Below are positions 1 through 9,379 of a DNA stretch of 64,000 bases, in pieces. The notes beneath the pieces are model-generated. The model did not search any database, was not told where the DNA came from, and worked only from the letters and a program-made list of their open reading frames with translations. Both the position numbers and the translations under genes were made by a program. Numbering within the stretch: position 1 is the stretch's first letter; every line of letters begins with the position of its first letter. The stretch spans positions 268,480-332,479 of the forward strand of contig CAWIGG010000003.1 in assembly GCA_963835575.1 (NCBI GenBank). Reading direction: 5' to 3'. The DNA comes from an uncultured Spirochaetota bacterium (GTDB taxonomy: Bacteria; Spirochaetota; Brevinematia; Brevinematales; JAOACQ01).

Positions 1-137
1 TGGACTGTTAAAAAAACCCTACCCGTGAAATCTTGGCAATTCTAACAGGGTATTGCGTGAAAAAGCCATTAAAAGTTGCAAAATTTTGATGGGAGAATAT
101 AATTACCCGCAAAATTGAAAGTGTGGGAGGTTAGAAT

Positions 138-932
138 ATGGGTGATCTTAATTCAGTGGACAAAAATAATAAAATGGTTAAAATTCCAGGTGGTACTTTC
201 CAGATGTATTCCCAAAAGGTAACAGTCTCATCATTTTCTATTTCAAAATTTGATATCAAGCAGGGCGAATGGGTAGAGATTATGGGAGATAATCCATCAC
301 ATTTTAATGATAATCTTAATAATCCCGTTGAAAATGTTTCATGGTATGATGCGGTTGTTTATTGCAATAAAAGGAGCATAAAAGAGGGCCTGACCCCGGT
401 GTACTCAATCAGTGGAAGTACCGATCCTTCCTCCTGGGGAGCAGTGCCGACTTCAATAAATTCCATCTGGAATACTGTTACCGCTGACTGGTTTACCAAC
501 GGATACCGGTTGCCTACAGAAATGGAATGGATGTGGGCGGCCATGGGGGCCGATACGGCGAATCCGGGGCAGGTTAATCTCACCGGCTACAATAAAGTCT
601 TTGCGGGGAGCACAGGGGCTAATGGTATTAATGACTATGCCTGGACCAACGGCAATAGCGGAGGAACCACGCATCCGGTAGGTACTAAATTGACGAACGA
701 GCTTGGCCTGTATAACATGAGCGGGAATGTGTGGCAGTGGTGCTGGGACTGGTATAGGAATTATCCGATGGATTCGCAAACGGATTACCGTGGAACGGCT
801 TCGGGCACGCGCCGCGTCTTACACGGCGGCAGTTGGTACGACGGATCGTCGTACGCTACGGTTGCCTATCGCGCCGACCGCAACCCGTTTAACCAGCTCA
901 ACAATATCGGGTTCCGTGTTGTGCGCCCCTGA
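138..932 (+). CDS. FGE-sulfatase (SUMF1/CLec-fold) domain protein; candidate DGR target
   Basis: Motifs NPVENVSWYDA, YRLPTEMEW, NELGLYNMSGNVWQWCWD, RVLHGGSW and terminal IGFRVVRP. Confidence 0.9.
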   Translation: MGDLNSVDKNNKMVKIPGGTFQMYSQKVTVSSFSISKFDIKQGEWVEIMGDNPSHFNDNLNNPVENVSWYDAVVYCNKRSIKEGLTPVYSISGSTDPSSWGAVPTSINSIWNTVTADWFTNGYRLPTEMEWMWAAMGADTANPGQVNLTGYNKVFAGSTGANGINDYAWTNGNSGGTTHPVGTKLTNELGLYNMSGNVWQWCWDWYRNYPMDSQTDYRGTASGTRRVLHGGSWYDGSSYATVAYRADRNPFNQLNNIGFRVVRP

Positions 933-945
933 GTTCTGCAGAAAT

Positions 946-996
946 CGAGTCCCTTTAGCCGCGTAGGCGTCAAGCCTGAGCGGGTTAAGGGACTCG
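946..996 (+). other. GC-rich imperfect hairpin just downstream of the FGE gene
   Basis: CGAGTCCCTT (946-955) pairs with AAGGGACTCG (987-996); inner AGGC/GCCT stem. Confidence 0.7.
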
Positions 997-1042
997 TAAG
1001 CGAAATACACGTCGCGTTTGCGCGGCGTCGCCTTATATTGTA

Positions 1043-1698
1043 TTGGATATAGATTTGCCATTGTTAACGCAATTTGTATCGTTTCCTTGTGGGCTAACTG
1101 GGAACACCGGAAGGTGCTTTTTTAAGCATCATACCGTAAAAATACCCATGTACAACGCCGTGATCCGGCTCATGGGTTTCTGCGGCCTCCGGGCTTCCGA
1201 AGTCATCGGACATGAAAAACGAGAGGGCGGAGGACTCCGGATCCGGGATATAAACCTTACTTCCGGAGAAATTACGATCCGGGACGCAAAGGACACCAGG
1301 GTGAAAGAAAAACGGCAGAAGAAGAATAAAACAGGCCGGGTAGTTTTCGCTCAGGGAGAAACCCTCGAGGCCATGCGGACCTGGTGGATAAAAATAAGGT
1401 CCTCTCTCTCCGGCCAGGCTCCGGAAGATTATTTTTTCTGCAACCGGTTCGGGGGAAAATAAACAACAGCCAGTTGCGGAGGGCTTTTCGTATATACGGG
1501 AACAAGGCCGGGATCCCGCAAGAAAAGCGGCATCCCCATGCATTACGTCATTCGGCCGGCACGAGGTTTAATAAGGTTACAAAAGACCTGCTTATAACAC
1601 AAAAAATTCTCGGACATGCTAACGCCCATGAAACCGTTCGTTATGCCCATGTGTCCGGCGCCGATATCGAGGAAACGATGAAAAGGGTATTGGGGTAA
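1043..1698 (+). pseudogene. Small tyrosine recombinase (catalytic domain), frameshifted, copy 1
   Basis: GLRASE, HPHALRHS, LGH, TVRYAH split over ORFs 1043-1462 and 1384-1698; one A missing in the A-run near 1456 relative to copy 2; start uncertain. Confidence 0.8.
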
Positions 1699-1733
1699 TT
1701 TGAAATCCCGGATAAGCCGTTAAGGGGGGGGGA

Positions 1734-1790
1734 TGGGTATTTTTGAAGCGGCTCGCAATGGCGATGTTGCGTTTATTCAGAGTTATTGGT
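1734..1790 (+). pseudogene. Remnant of an ankyrin-gene 5' end
   Basis: Encodes MGIFEAARNGDVAFIQSY then a stop; near-identical to the start of 2741-3124 (MDVFEAARNGKVAFIKSY). Confidence 0.6.
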
Positions 1791-1890
1791 TATAATCCTA
1801 TAGGTACTGACAAAAAATTGAAGCAGAAAGGCCAAGATAGAATTATTTGTCGGAAAGTTAACGGATTCAGGTATTTATTAGGGGGTATTT

Positions 1891-2229
1891 ATGATTTACA
1901 CAGAAAAAGAAGTTCAGGATATTCTAAAAAATTATTTTGGTAATAGAATTAATGAAATCTTTAAAACCGATGGTTTTAGTTTATTTTTAAAGGAGTATTA
2001 CAGCAATGGAATCGGAAATAATCCTCTAATTCTTTTTTTAAATAAAAATTATATGGAGCTTGGAATTCAAGAATATTCTTTTGCTCCCCCCAAATACACT
2101 AATTTAAATGACATAGATTTGTCTAAATGGGAATTTCCCAGAATTCATCCTATAGAAAACTGGATGTATATGAAGGAAAGTAAGATAACTAAAATAATTG
2201 GTGATCATGAAGTCATTAGGACAAAATAA
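1891..2229 (+). CDS. Hypothetical protein
   Basis: 112-aa AT-rich ORF with a GGGGG RBS-like sequence upstream. Confidence 0.5.
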   Translation: MIYTEKEVQDILKNYFGNRINEIFKTDGFSLFLKEYYSNGIGNNPLILFLNKNYMELGIQEYSFAPPKYTNLNDIDLSKWEFPRIHPIENWMYMKESKITKIIGDHEVIRTK

Positions 2230-2322
2230 AGACCGGGAAAATCACCTGGTCAAAGCTAATTGTCATATCAAACAGCGAGGTAATTTATGTCTATTTTCCA
2301 GGAAAGAAGTTGATTTAACGGT

Positions 2323-2721
2323 ATGATTGATTTAAAAAAGGCGGTTCTGTTTTCAAGTGGTGATTCTAATATTTCTTTTTTAGCAAAATGTTTGGCAGAT
2401 GAGGTGAGAGCTGATTTAGTGCCTTTTATTAAAATAAATAACTGTGATTTTAATAAATATAATTTAATATTCATTGGTTTAAAAATTGAGGAAGGGAAAT
2501 TAGATCCATATTATAAGAGAATTAAATTTAAGAATAAAGATGTTCAAATATTTTATTTTTACCCGTCTGATACAAACGCATCATTTGATGCACTCGAAAA
2601 AAAACTTGTTAATAATATGATTAAAGGTGATAAGAACTTTTATACTCCTGATTTTGATAGAAAGAAATTATGTGATAATATTCAAACTTGGGGTACTTTA
2701 GTAAGTCAATACACAGTTTAA
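2323..2721 (+). CDS. Flavodoxin-fold-like hypothetical protein
   Basis: AVLFSSGDSNISFLA...YNLIFIG resembles a degenerate flavodoxin N-terminus. Confidence 0.45.
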   Translation: MIDLKKAVLFSSGDSNISFLAKCLADEVRADLVPFIKINNCDFNKYNLIFIGLKIEEGKLDPYYKRIKFKNKDVQIFYFYPSDTNASFDALEKKLVNNMIKGDKNFYTPDFDRKKLCDNIQTWGTLVSQYTV

Positions 2722-2740
2722 AAATAAATGGGGTTAGAAA

Positions 2741-3124
2741 ATGGACGTTTTTGAAGCGGCTCGCAATGGCAAAGTTGCTTTTATTAAGAGTTATAAAGGC
2801 GATGTCAACGCCGTGACTAAAGACGGCTGGACGGCTTTGATGGAAGCGGCAGGGGAAGGGCGCATGAACATTGTCAAAGCATTGATCGCGGCGAAGGCCG
2901 ACGTCAACGCGGCGGCTAAAGACGGCTGGGCGGCTTTAATGTATGCGGCTTCAGAAGGGCAAACGAGTACAGTTAAAGCATTGATCGAGGCAGGGGCCAA
3001 TATCAACGCAGCGAATAATAAAGGCGAGACGGCTTTATCGCTTGCTATTGATAATAAGCATACAGGAATTGCCAAGCTCTTGAAAGAGGGGGCAACGCAG
3101 AATTCGGAGAAAATTGTACTCTAA
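2741..3124 (+). CDS. Ankyrin repeat protein; last codons and stop come from a Tn3-type IR
   Basis: Repeats DVNA..KDGWTALMEAA..G...VKALI..GA; stop TAA lies in the CTAAG of IR 3088-3125. Confidence 0.9.
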   Translation: MDVFEAARNGKVAFIKSYKGDVNAVTKDGWTALMEAAGEGRMNIVKALIAAKADVNAAAKDGWAALMYAASEGQTSTVKALIEAGANINAANNKGETALSLAIDNKHTGIAKLLKEGATQNSEKIVL

Positions 3125-3125
3125 G
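3088..3125 (+). mobile_element. Tn3-family (Tn501/Tn1721-like) 38-bp terminal inverted repeat
   Basis: GGGGGCAACGCAGAATTCGGAGAAAATTGTACTCTAAG: GGGG start, internal GAATTC, TAAG end. Confidence 0.8.
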
Positions 3126-3161
3126 CCGTAGCCGATACCCCGGCCCATTGTTTGTCGGATT

Positions 3162-3384
3162 CTAATTTTTCTTCCCATTAACGGTATCTTTCATAGCTCT
3201 TCCTGGCTTGAAACATGCAGATTTTCTGGCCGGGACTTTTACTTCTTCTCCAGTTTTAGGGTTTCTTGCAACCCTGGCTTTCCTTTGCTTTATGCCGAAA
3301 GTTCCGAATCCACGAATCTCGATACGATTTCCAGCACCCGTATTCTCAATGGAATCCTTCAATTTATCAATGAATTTAGTGAAC
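3162..3384 (-). pseudogene. HU/IHF-family DNA-binding protein, 5'-truncated
   Basis: RIEIRGFGTF...ARNPKTGEEV...FKPG; N-terminal helix missing, similarity ends near 3384. Confidence 0.75.
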
Positions 3385-3567
3385 GAATAAGGGATGCGCT
3401 GTCAAGGACGGTCAATGTGAGGCCTTCAAAGGACACAACAGGCCCCCCCTTGACAGGACTTATTTAAAGCCCCTACAAAGGGTATATTTCAGGCCTATGA
3501 TTGAAAATAACAACGCCATAACAACGAGGTTCTAACCCTCACTATGTACAAAGTTACCTAAGGGCCA

Positions 3568-3858
3568 TTATAAAACAACAGCGATAATGTCGTCGCCGGA
3601 AAGGATAAGGTAATCCGCTTCTTCAATCTTGATCTGTGTTCCGGCGTACTTATCATAAATTACTTCATCCCCTACTTTCACTTCGACAGGAATAAGTTCT
3701 CCCTTGTCGTTCTTCTTTCCAGGGCCTATAGCCTCAATAACTCCGCGCTGCGTTTTTTCTTCCTGCGCGGTTTGAGGGATATAAATACCGCCTTTAGTTT
3801 TTTCTTCAGTCTTATTTACTTTGATTAAAACCCTGTTACTCAATGGTTTGACCTTCAT
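3568..3858 (-). CDS. groES: Co-chaperonin GroES
   Basis: MKVKPLSNRVLI...TKGGIYIP...VKVGDEVIYDKYAGT. Confidence 0.97.
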   Translation of the reverse strand: MKVKPLSNRVLIKVNKTEEKTKGGIYIPQTAQEEKTQRGVIEAIGPGKKNDKGELIPVEVKVGDEVIYDKYAGTQIKIEEADYLILSGDDIIAVVL

Positions 3859-3899
3859 ATATCGCCTCCAATATAATTATTATTTTAATAAAAATAAGC

Positions 3900-5534
3900 T
3901 TAATACATATCACCCATTCCGCCGCCGCCTCCCGGAAGCATCATCGGGGCTTTTCCATTTTCAGGCTTATCGGTGATCAGCACTTCGGCTATCAAAAGCA
4001 GGCCTGCGATGGAGGCTGCGTTTTGAAGGGCGATCCTTCCGACTTTGGCAGGATCTATGATACCCGCTTTAACCATATCAACCCATTCGCCTGTTAAAGC
4101 ATTATAACCGATCCCTTCTTTTGATTCCTTGGCTTTATAAACGACAACAGATCCGTCGATTCCGGCGTTGTCGGCTATCAGGCGCATAGGCGATTCGAGA
4201 GACTGGTAAATAATGTTTATTCCGACTTTCTCATCCGGGTTATCAGCTTCAATTTTAGCAACGGCTTTCTGCGCCTTGAGCATCGCAAGTCCTCCACCGG
4301 GAATGATGCCTTCTTCTATCGCGGCCCTGGTGGCGGAAAGTGCGTCTTCAACGCGAGCTTTCTTTTCTTTTAATTCAACTTCGGTAGCGGCACCAACTTT
4401 AATAATGGCAACGCCTCCGGAAAGTTTTGCGAGCCTTTCCTGGAGTTTTTCCTTGTCGTAATCTGAAGTGGTATCTTCTATCTGTTTTTTAATCTGCTTG
4501 ATTCTTGCCTGTATGTCTTCTTTTTTACCGGCCCCGTCGATGATGACTGTGTTTTCTTTATCGATTTTGACTCTCCTGGCCTTTCCGAGATCGTCCAGGG
4601 TTGTGTTCTCAAGCTTCATGCCTTTTTCTTCTGAAATTACGTTGGCTTTTGTAAGAACAGCTATATCTTCAAGCATGGCTTTCCTTCTGTCTCCGAATGC
4701 GGGAGCTTTCACAGCCACGCTGTTTAATGTCCCTCTCAGCTTGTTGACAATTAAAGTGGCCAGAGCTTCTCCTTCGATATCTTCAGCGATAATAAGAAGT
4801 GTTTTACCGCTCTGGGCGATTTTCTCAAGAAGCGGGACAATCTCTTTCAGAGATGATATCTTCTTGTCATAAACCAGAATGAAAGGCTCTTCAAGTTCCG
4901 CTATCATGCTTTCAGCGTTTGTAACCATGTAAGCTGACAGATAACCTCTGTCGAACTGCATGCCTTCTACAACATCCACTAAAGTGTCCATGACCTTGGA
5001 TTCTTCTACAGTTATAACCCCGTCTTTGCCTACCTTGTCCATGGCATCTGCGATATATTCGCCGATTGTCTGGTCATTATTAGCTGAAATTGACGCCACG
5101 TTGCGGATCTCTTCCCTGCCTTCAACCTTTTTTGACATCTTTTTGATCTCTTCTACAACGACTGCCACGGCTTTATCAATGCCTTTCTTGATAAGTGTGG
5201 GATTGCTGCCAGCTGTAACATTCTTAAACCCTTCCTTAATAATTGCATGAGCGAAAACAGTGGCTGTAGTAGTGCCGTCACCAGCTATATCATTTGTTTT
5301 TGTCGCAACTTCCTTAACAAGCTGCGCTCCCATGTTCTCAAAGCGATCATCAAGTTCGATTTCCTTGGCTACGGTAACGCCGTCTTTAGTTATAGTCGGA
5401 GCACCGAATTTCTTGTCAATAACTACATTACGACCTCTCGGGCCGAGCGTTGCACCAACCGCTTTTGAAAGTTTTTCAACACCGATTAGTAATTTTTGAT
5501 GTGCTTCACTTGAAAACATCAAATCTTTTGCCAT
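3900..5534 (-). CDS. groEL: Chaperonin GroEL (start placed at MAKDLMFS)
   Basis: [29 protein letters not shown]-type tail; RBS AGGAG before ATG at 5534. Confidence 0.98.
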   Translation of the reverse strand: MAKDLMFSSEAHQKLLIGVEKLSKAVGATLGPRGRNVVIDKKFGAPTITKDGVTVAKEIELDDRFENMGAQLVKEVATKTNDIAGDGTTTATVFAHAIIKEGFKNVTAGSNPTLIKKGIDKAVAVVVEEIKKMSKKVEGREEIRNVASISANNDQTIGEYIADAMDKVGKDGVITVEESKVMDTLVDVVEGMQFDRGYLSAYMVTNAESMIAELEEPFILVYDKKISSLKEIVPLLEKIAQSGKTLLIIAEDIEGEALATLIVNKLRGTLNSVAVKAPAFGDRRKAMLEDIAVLTKANVISEEKGMKLENTTLDDLGKARRVKIDKENTVIIDGAGKKEDIQARIKQIKKQIEDTTSDYDKEKLQERLAKLSGGVAIIKVGAATEVELKEKKARVEDALSATRAAIEEGIIPGGGLAMLKAQKAVAKIEADNPDEKVGINIIYQSLESPMRLIADNAGIDGSVVVYKAKESKEGIGYNALTGEWVDMVKAGIIDPAKVGRIALQNAASIAGLLLIAEVLITDKPENGKAPMMLPGGGGGMGDMY

Positions 5535-5915
5535 ACGATCATCTCCTATATTATTATTTAAAAATCCAACGTTGTTTAAAAAATTTAAAAGAAATATAAT
5601 CAAATTTCTGTGTCATATACTTACATTTTCTCAAATTAATGTTTTCCATAGTGTCAAAAATCGATTGATTTGTTTGATTAATCCAATTAAACTTTGTAGT
5701 GCGAATTTTTGCAGGACAAAATTAAAGGAAAGGTAAGTTGTGTTTTACTGTATTCGCATTAAGTGAGCAAGTATAGTCAGTATTTTCATTATTGTCAACA
5801 GGTCGAATTGCTTCATAATAAATCCACTCAAAACGGAATCGTTGCCTCAAATAAAAATCCACTCCAAATTATACTAAATCCAGTTCAAAACTGCAATGGA
5901 CTAGAGGATGAAATT

Positions 5916-5954
5916 GGGGTTACCTTGGAAAAGGGAAAAAATAGTACGTCTAAG
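5916..5954 (+). mobile_element. Tn3-family terminal inverted repeat
   Basis: GGGGTTACCTTGGAAAAGGGAAAAAATAGTACGTCTAAG; first 15 nt identical to the ends at 7984 and 8186. Confidence 0.75.
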
Positions 5955-6488
5955 GATTTTTAGAGTTAACAACATCATTCCCTATAAATATTTATAAAAA
6001 TGCGTCAGATTGAAGTACACGGCCCTATGGGAGCGAAGCTGCCACCAGGGGCAAAGTAAGCTCCTCAGCCTGGCCGACCTGGTACAGCTCCAGGGAGATA
6101 TCGCCTTGGTACTCGCCCAGGCTTCCGGCAGATCGGCGGAGTGCATTCGGTCGGATGAAAGCCTCATCGGGCATCGAAAGACGGCCTCACATTGACCTTA
6201 TTGAGGCTCTATTTTCATAACAGCCCTTAAAAACGGCTCTTCCCCGGACATGTCGCCATTTCCGGCCATCGCCGCCGATCGGCGAATTGATGCATCGATC
6301 GAAAAGATAGCGAAACAAGACAATTGGGCTGATATAAGGATTCGTATAAATTATATAAATCACTTGGTTATAATTAGCAACAAGGGAATAATCATTGTAA
6401 ATATTATTACTTTCGGCTTGAATATTTGGAGAAAATGTCGTATAATTGTTTATGAAGATGTCGTAATATTATAAATGAGGTTATTATT

Positions 6489-6902
6489 ATGCCGATAGGC
6501 AATACTTTAGAAAAAAGGATACAATACAGGATTAAAAGGAATAAAGCTTCTGTGTTTTTGCTTTCGGATTTTGCTGATTTATCAGATAAAGATCAGATTA
6601 TGCGCGCATTAAAAAAGCTAATAAACAAAAAGCTTGTTGTCAAAGTAGGGCAAGGTCTTTATACCCGAGCAAGAATATCAACAATAACGAATAATCCTAT
6701 TCCTGAAAAGGATATTATATCTGTTGCCAAAGAAGCTTTAAAAAAACTTAATGTAAAAGTTGTACCATCTAATTACGATATAATGTACGAAACAGGGAAA
6801 TCAACCCAGGTTCCAACTGGAAGGGTTATAACTGTTAAAAGTCGAGTGTCAAGAAAAATTGGGTTTAATGGAAACTTTATAAAATATGCCAAAGCAAATT
6901 GA
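6489..6902 (+). CDS. Type IV TA antitoxin, AbiEi-like (DUF6088-like wHTH)
   Basis: VFLLSDF..L...DQIMRALKKL....VKVGQGLY, STQVP; overlaps the downstream toxin gene. Confidence 0.75.
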   Translation: MPIGNTLEKRIQYRIKRNKASVFLLSDFADLSDKDQIMRALKKLINKKLVVKVGQGLYTRARISTITNNPIPEKDIISVAKEALKKLNVKVVPSNYDIMYETGKSTQVPTGRVITVKSRVSRKIGFNGNFIKYAKAN

Positions 6903-7860
6903 AAAAATTGTTTATGAAGATATTGCCGCTGAACTTGGCGTTAAGCCTTCTTTTATTGAAAAAGATTATTACGCCGTACATATACTAAATGAATTATCAA
7001 AGATAGAATATGAAAACGCAAAGTTAATATTTTCAGGCGGAACTTGCTTATCAAAGGGATACAAGCTTATAAAAAGATTTTCTGAAGACCTTGATTTTAG
7101 AATAGATACAACTGTGCCTTTTACAAGGCCGCAAAGAAGAGAGTTTAGAGAATTTATAATATCAAAAATTAAAGACCTTCCAGACTTAGAGTATTTAGAA
7201 GAATCTTTAGACATAAAAAACAATAGTGAATTATTCGGGTTTAATGTTAAATATCCGAAATTGTTTACTTTTAGTGGTGGATTAAGAAACGATTTAAAAT
7301 TGGAATTTACTTTTAAAAACTTGCAACTCCCCACTAATACATGTCCAATTGAAACCTTTGTATCAAAATATACTGGTAAAACTGAAATAACAAAGATGAA
7401 TTGTATTTCCCCTGTTGAAATCGGAGCAGACAAATTAAGTGCTTTGATGTGGCGGGTTGATATAAAAAACAGAACAAAGCCACAAGGTCATGTCGCAAAT
7501 GATGCAACCATCATAAGACATTTACACGATTTATCTGCTTTAGAAAAGCTTCTATTAAACGATGTTTTTATAAAGTGTGCTGAGAAGTCTTTTGAAACCG
7601 ATAAAGGTCGTAGTGGTTCTAATGATCACATTATTTTAGCTGAATATGCAAAAAGGACTTTAGATAAGTTAAAAACAGATAGTATTTATGCCAAAGAGTA
7701 CAAGGAATTTGTTGATGCTTTGTCTTATTCCAAAGAATCTGAGACGATTGATTTTAAAAGGGCTTTATCATCTTTTGAGAGAATTGTTGATTTTATCAAA
7801 ATGGATATTAATAAAAATCATGCAATTAAAAAAGACAATAGCCGTGGGATGGGAATGTAA
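6886..7860 (+). CDS. AbiEii/AbiGii-family nucleotidyltransferase toxin
   Basis: IEKDYY, FSGGTCLSKGY..IKRFSEDLDF, DKLSAL, RHLHDL. Confidence 0.9.
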   Translation: MPKQIEKIVYEDIAAELGVKPSFIEKDYYAVHILNELSKIEYENAKLIFSGGTCLSKGYKLIKRFSEDLDFRIDTTVPFTRPQRREFREFIISKIKDLPDLEYLEESLDIKNNSELFGFNVKYPKLFTFSGGLRNDLKLEFTFKNLQLPTNTCPIETFVSKYTGKTEITKMNCISPVEIGADKLSALMWRVDIKNRTKPQGHVANDATIIRHLHDLSALEKLLLNDVFIKCAEKSFETDKGRSGSNDHIILAEYAKRTLDKLKTDSIYAKEYKEFVDALSYSKESETIDFKRALSSFERIVDFIKMDINKNHAIKKDNSRGMGM

Positions 7861-7983
7861 ATAATATTAGGGTTTACCGAAATCCAGCCCAGCTCCTCAG
7901 CCCGGCTGTTTTTTCCGCCGCCGGCCGGCCACTGCAGATTCCCCCGCCTTTAGTTCGGTCATTACCTCGATGGCGGTCTTAAT

Positions 7984-8186
7984 GGGGTTACCTTGGAATT
8001 CGGAAAAAATAGTACGCTAACGAAATATAAACCTATCCATCTTATTATATAATAAGAACTTAAAAATATCATCAATTTCAGATGATAACCCAAATCTTAT
8101 GATTTTATCGGATTCAGTAACTCTTTACCCGGTAATGATATTATAATTCTTAACGTACAAAAATATCCAAATTCCAAGGTAACCCC
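7984..8186. mobile_element. Tn3-derived miniature inverted-repeat element (TIME-like), 203 bp
   Basis: Left IR GGGGTTACCTTGGAATTCGGAAAAAATAGTACGCTAACG; right IR (reverse complement) GGGGTTACCTTGGAATTTGGATATTTTTGTACGTTAAG; no transposase; no 5-bp TSD. Confidence 0.85.
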
Positions 8187-8742
8187 ATGTACAGCGCCGT
8201 GATCCGGCTCATGGGTTTCTGCGGCCTCCGGGCTTCCGAAGTCATCGGACATGAAAAACGTGAGGGGGGCGGCCTCCGGATCCGGGACATTGATCTTACT
8301 TCCGGAGAAATTATAATCAGGGACGCAAAGGACACCAGGGTGAAAGAAAAACGGCAGAAGAAGAATAAAACAGGCCGGGTAGTTTTCGCTCAGGGAGAAA
8401 CCCTCGAGGCCATGCGGATCTGGTGGACAAAAATAAGGTCCTCTCTCTCCGGCCAGGCTCCGGAAGATTATTTTTTTCTGCAACCGGTTTGGGGGAAAAA
8501 TTAACAACAGCCAGCTGAGGAGAGCATTTCGTATATACGGTGCCAAGGCCGGGATCCCGCAAGAAAAGCGTCATCCCCATGTATTACGTCATTCGGCCGG
8601 CACGAGGTTTTATAAAGTTACAAAAGACCTGCTTATAACTCAAAAAATACTCGGCCATGCGAACGCCCATGAAACCGTTCGTTATGCCCATGTCTCCGGC
8701 GCTGACATCGAGGAAACGATGAAAAAGGTATTGAGGAACTAA
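8187..8742 (+). pseudogene. Small tyrosine recombinase copy 2, abutting the TIME, frameshifted
   Basis: High nucleotide identity to 1148-1698; extra T in the T-run near 8471; HPHVLRHS, LGH, TVRYAH in the second frame. Confidence 0.8.
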
Positions 8743-8855
8743 TCCCCACTGCCGATCCGTCCGGGATATCCAGGAGATCTTTCCAGGACGATATCGACCT
8801 GGTTGCCAGATTCCCGGACGGATCCCCTCACAGGGTTAAAAAGACGGCCATACAA

Positions 8856-9379
8856 CTACTTTGTTTTTTTATTCATCCAAGATTTAATATTTAAAAAATC
8901 AATTTTAAAAAACTTTAAAATCTCAAATATTAATACGAAAATACCAACAATGTCAATAACAATACCCAATACTTTATAATTATATATGTATATTAATATG
9001 CCGACTGCAATTATGATACAAGTTATTGCTATAATAAGTATTTTGCGGAAAAAAGTAAGCACTTTACTAAAAAACAAGTTACGCTTTTCTCTTTTATCCG
9101 ATTTCTTTTTTTCATCTGATCTATATTTATCAAGTTCCAATTTTTGAGTTTGTAATTCTCTTTTTAATATTTCGATTTCCTCTTCATTTTTCTGGGCTTT
9201 ATATTTAAATAATTCTTGTTCTTGAATATATTTGTCCAAACTTTTTTCGGTGATAGAACTTAAAGTATTATTTAAATCATATTCAGTAATATCTTCAGGT
9301 TTTTTTGTCTGTTTTCTAAGAGCTACAATATTAGCTTTTGCTTGTTCTTCAGACATATTACCTTTTTTATATTCATCCT
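8856..9379 (-). pseudogene. 3' fragment of a gene (coiled coil plus 2 TM helices) cut by the Tn3 IR at 9380
   Basis: ORF 8856-9356; the frame continues upstream toward the IR, with no RBS. Confidence 0.55.

Noticed and set aside
946..1698. Integron (attC plus IntI)
   Set aside because: Hairpin lacks clear RYYYAAC/GTTRRRY boxes and the recombinase lacks the IntI-specific insertion
5535..5603. N-terminal extension of GroEL in the ORF track
   Set aside because: Conserved start MAKD with an RBS lies at 5534
6020..6300. Short GC-rich ORFs
   Set aside because: Unrecognisable fragments with no start context
5916..8186. Intact AbiE-carrying mini-transposon between same-subtype IRs
   Set aside because: Plausible geometry, but flanks AAATT and ATGTA do not form a TSD, so not called as a unit
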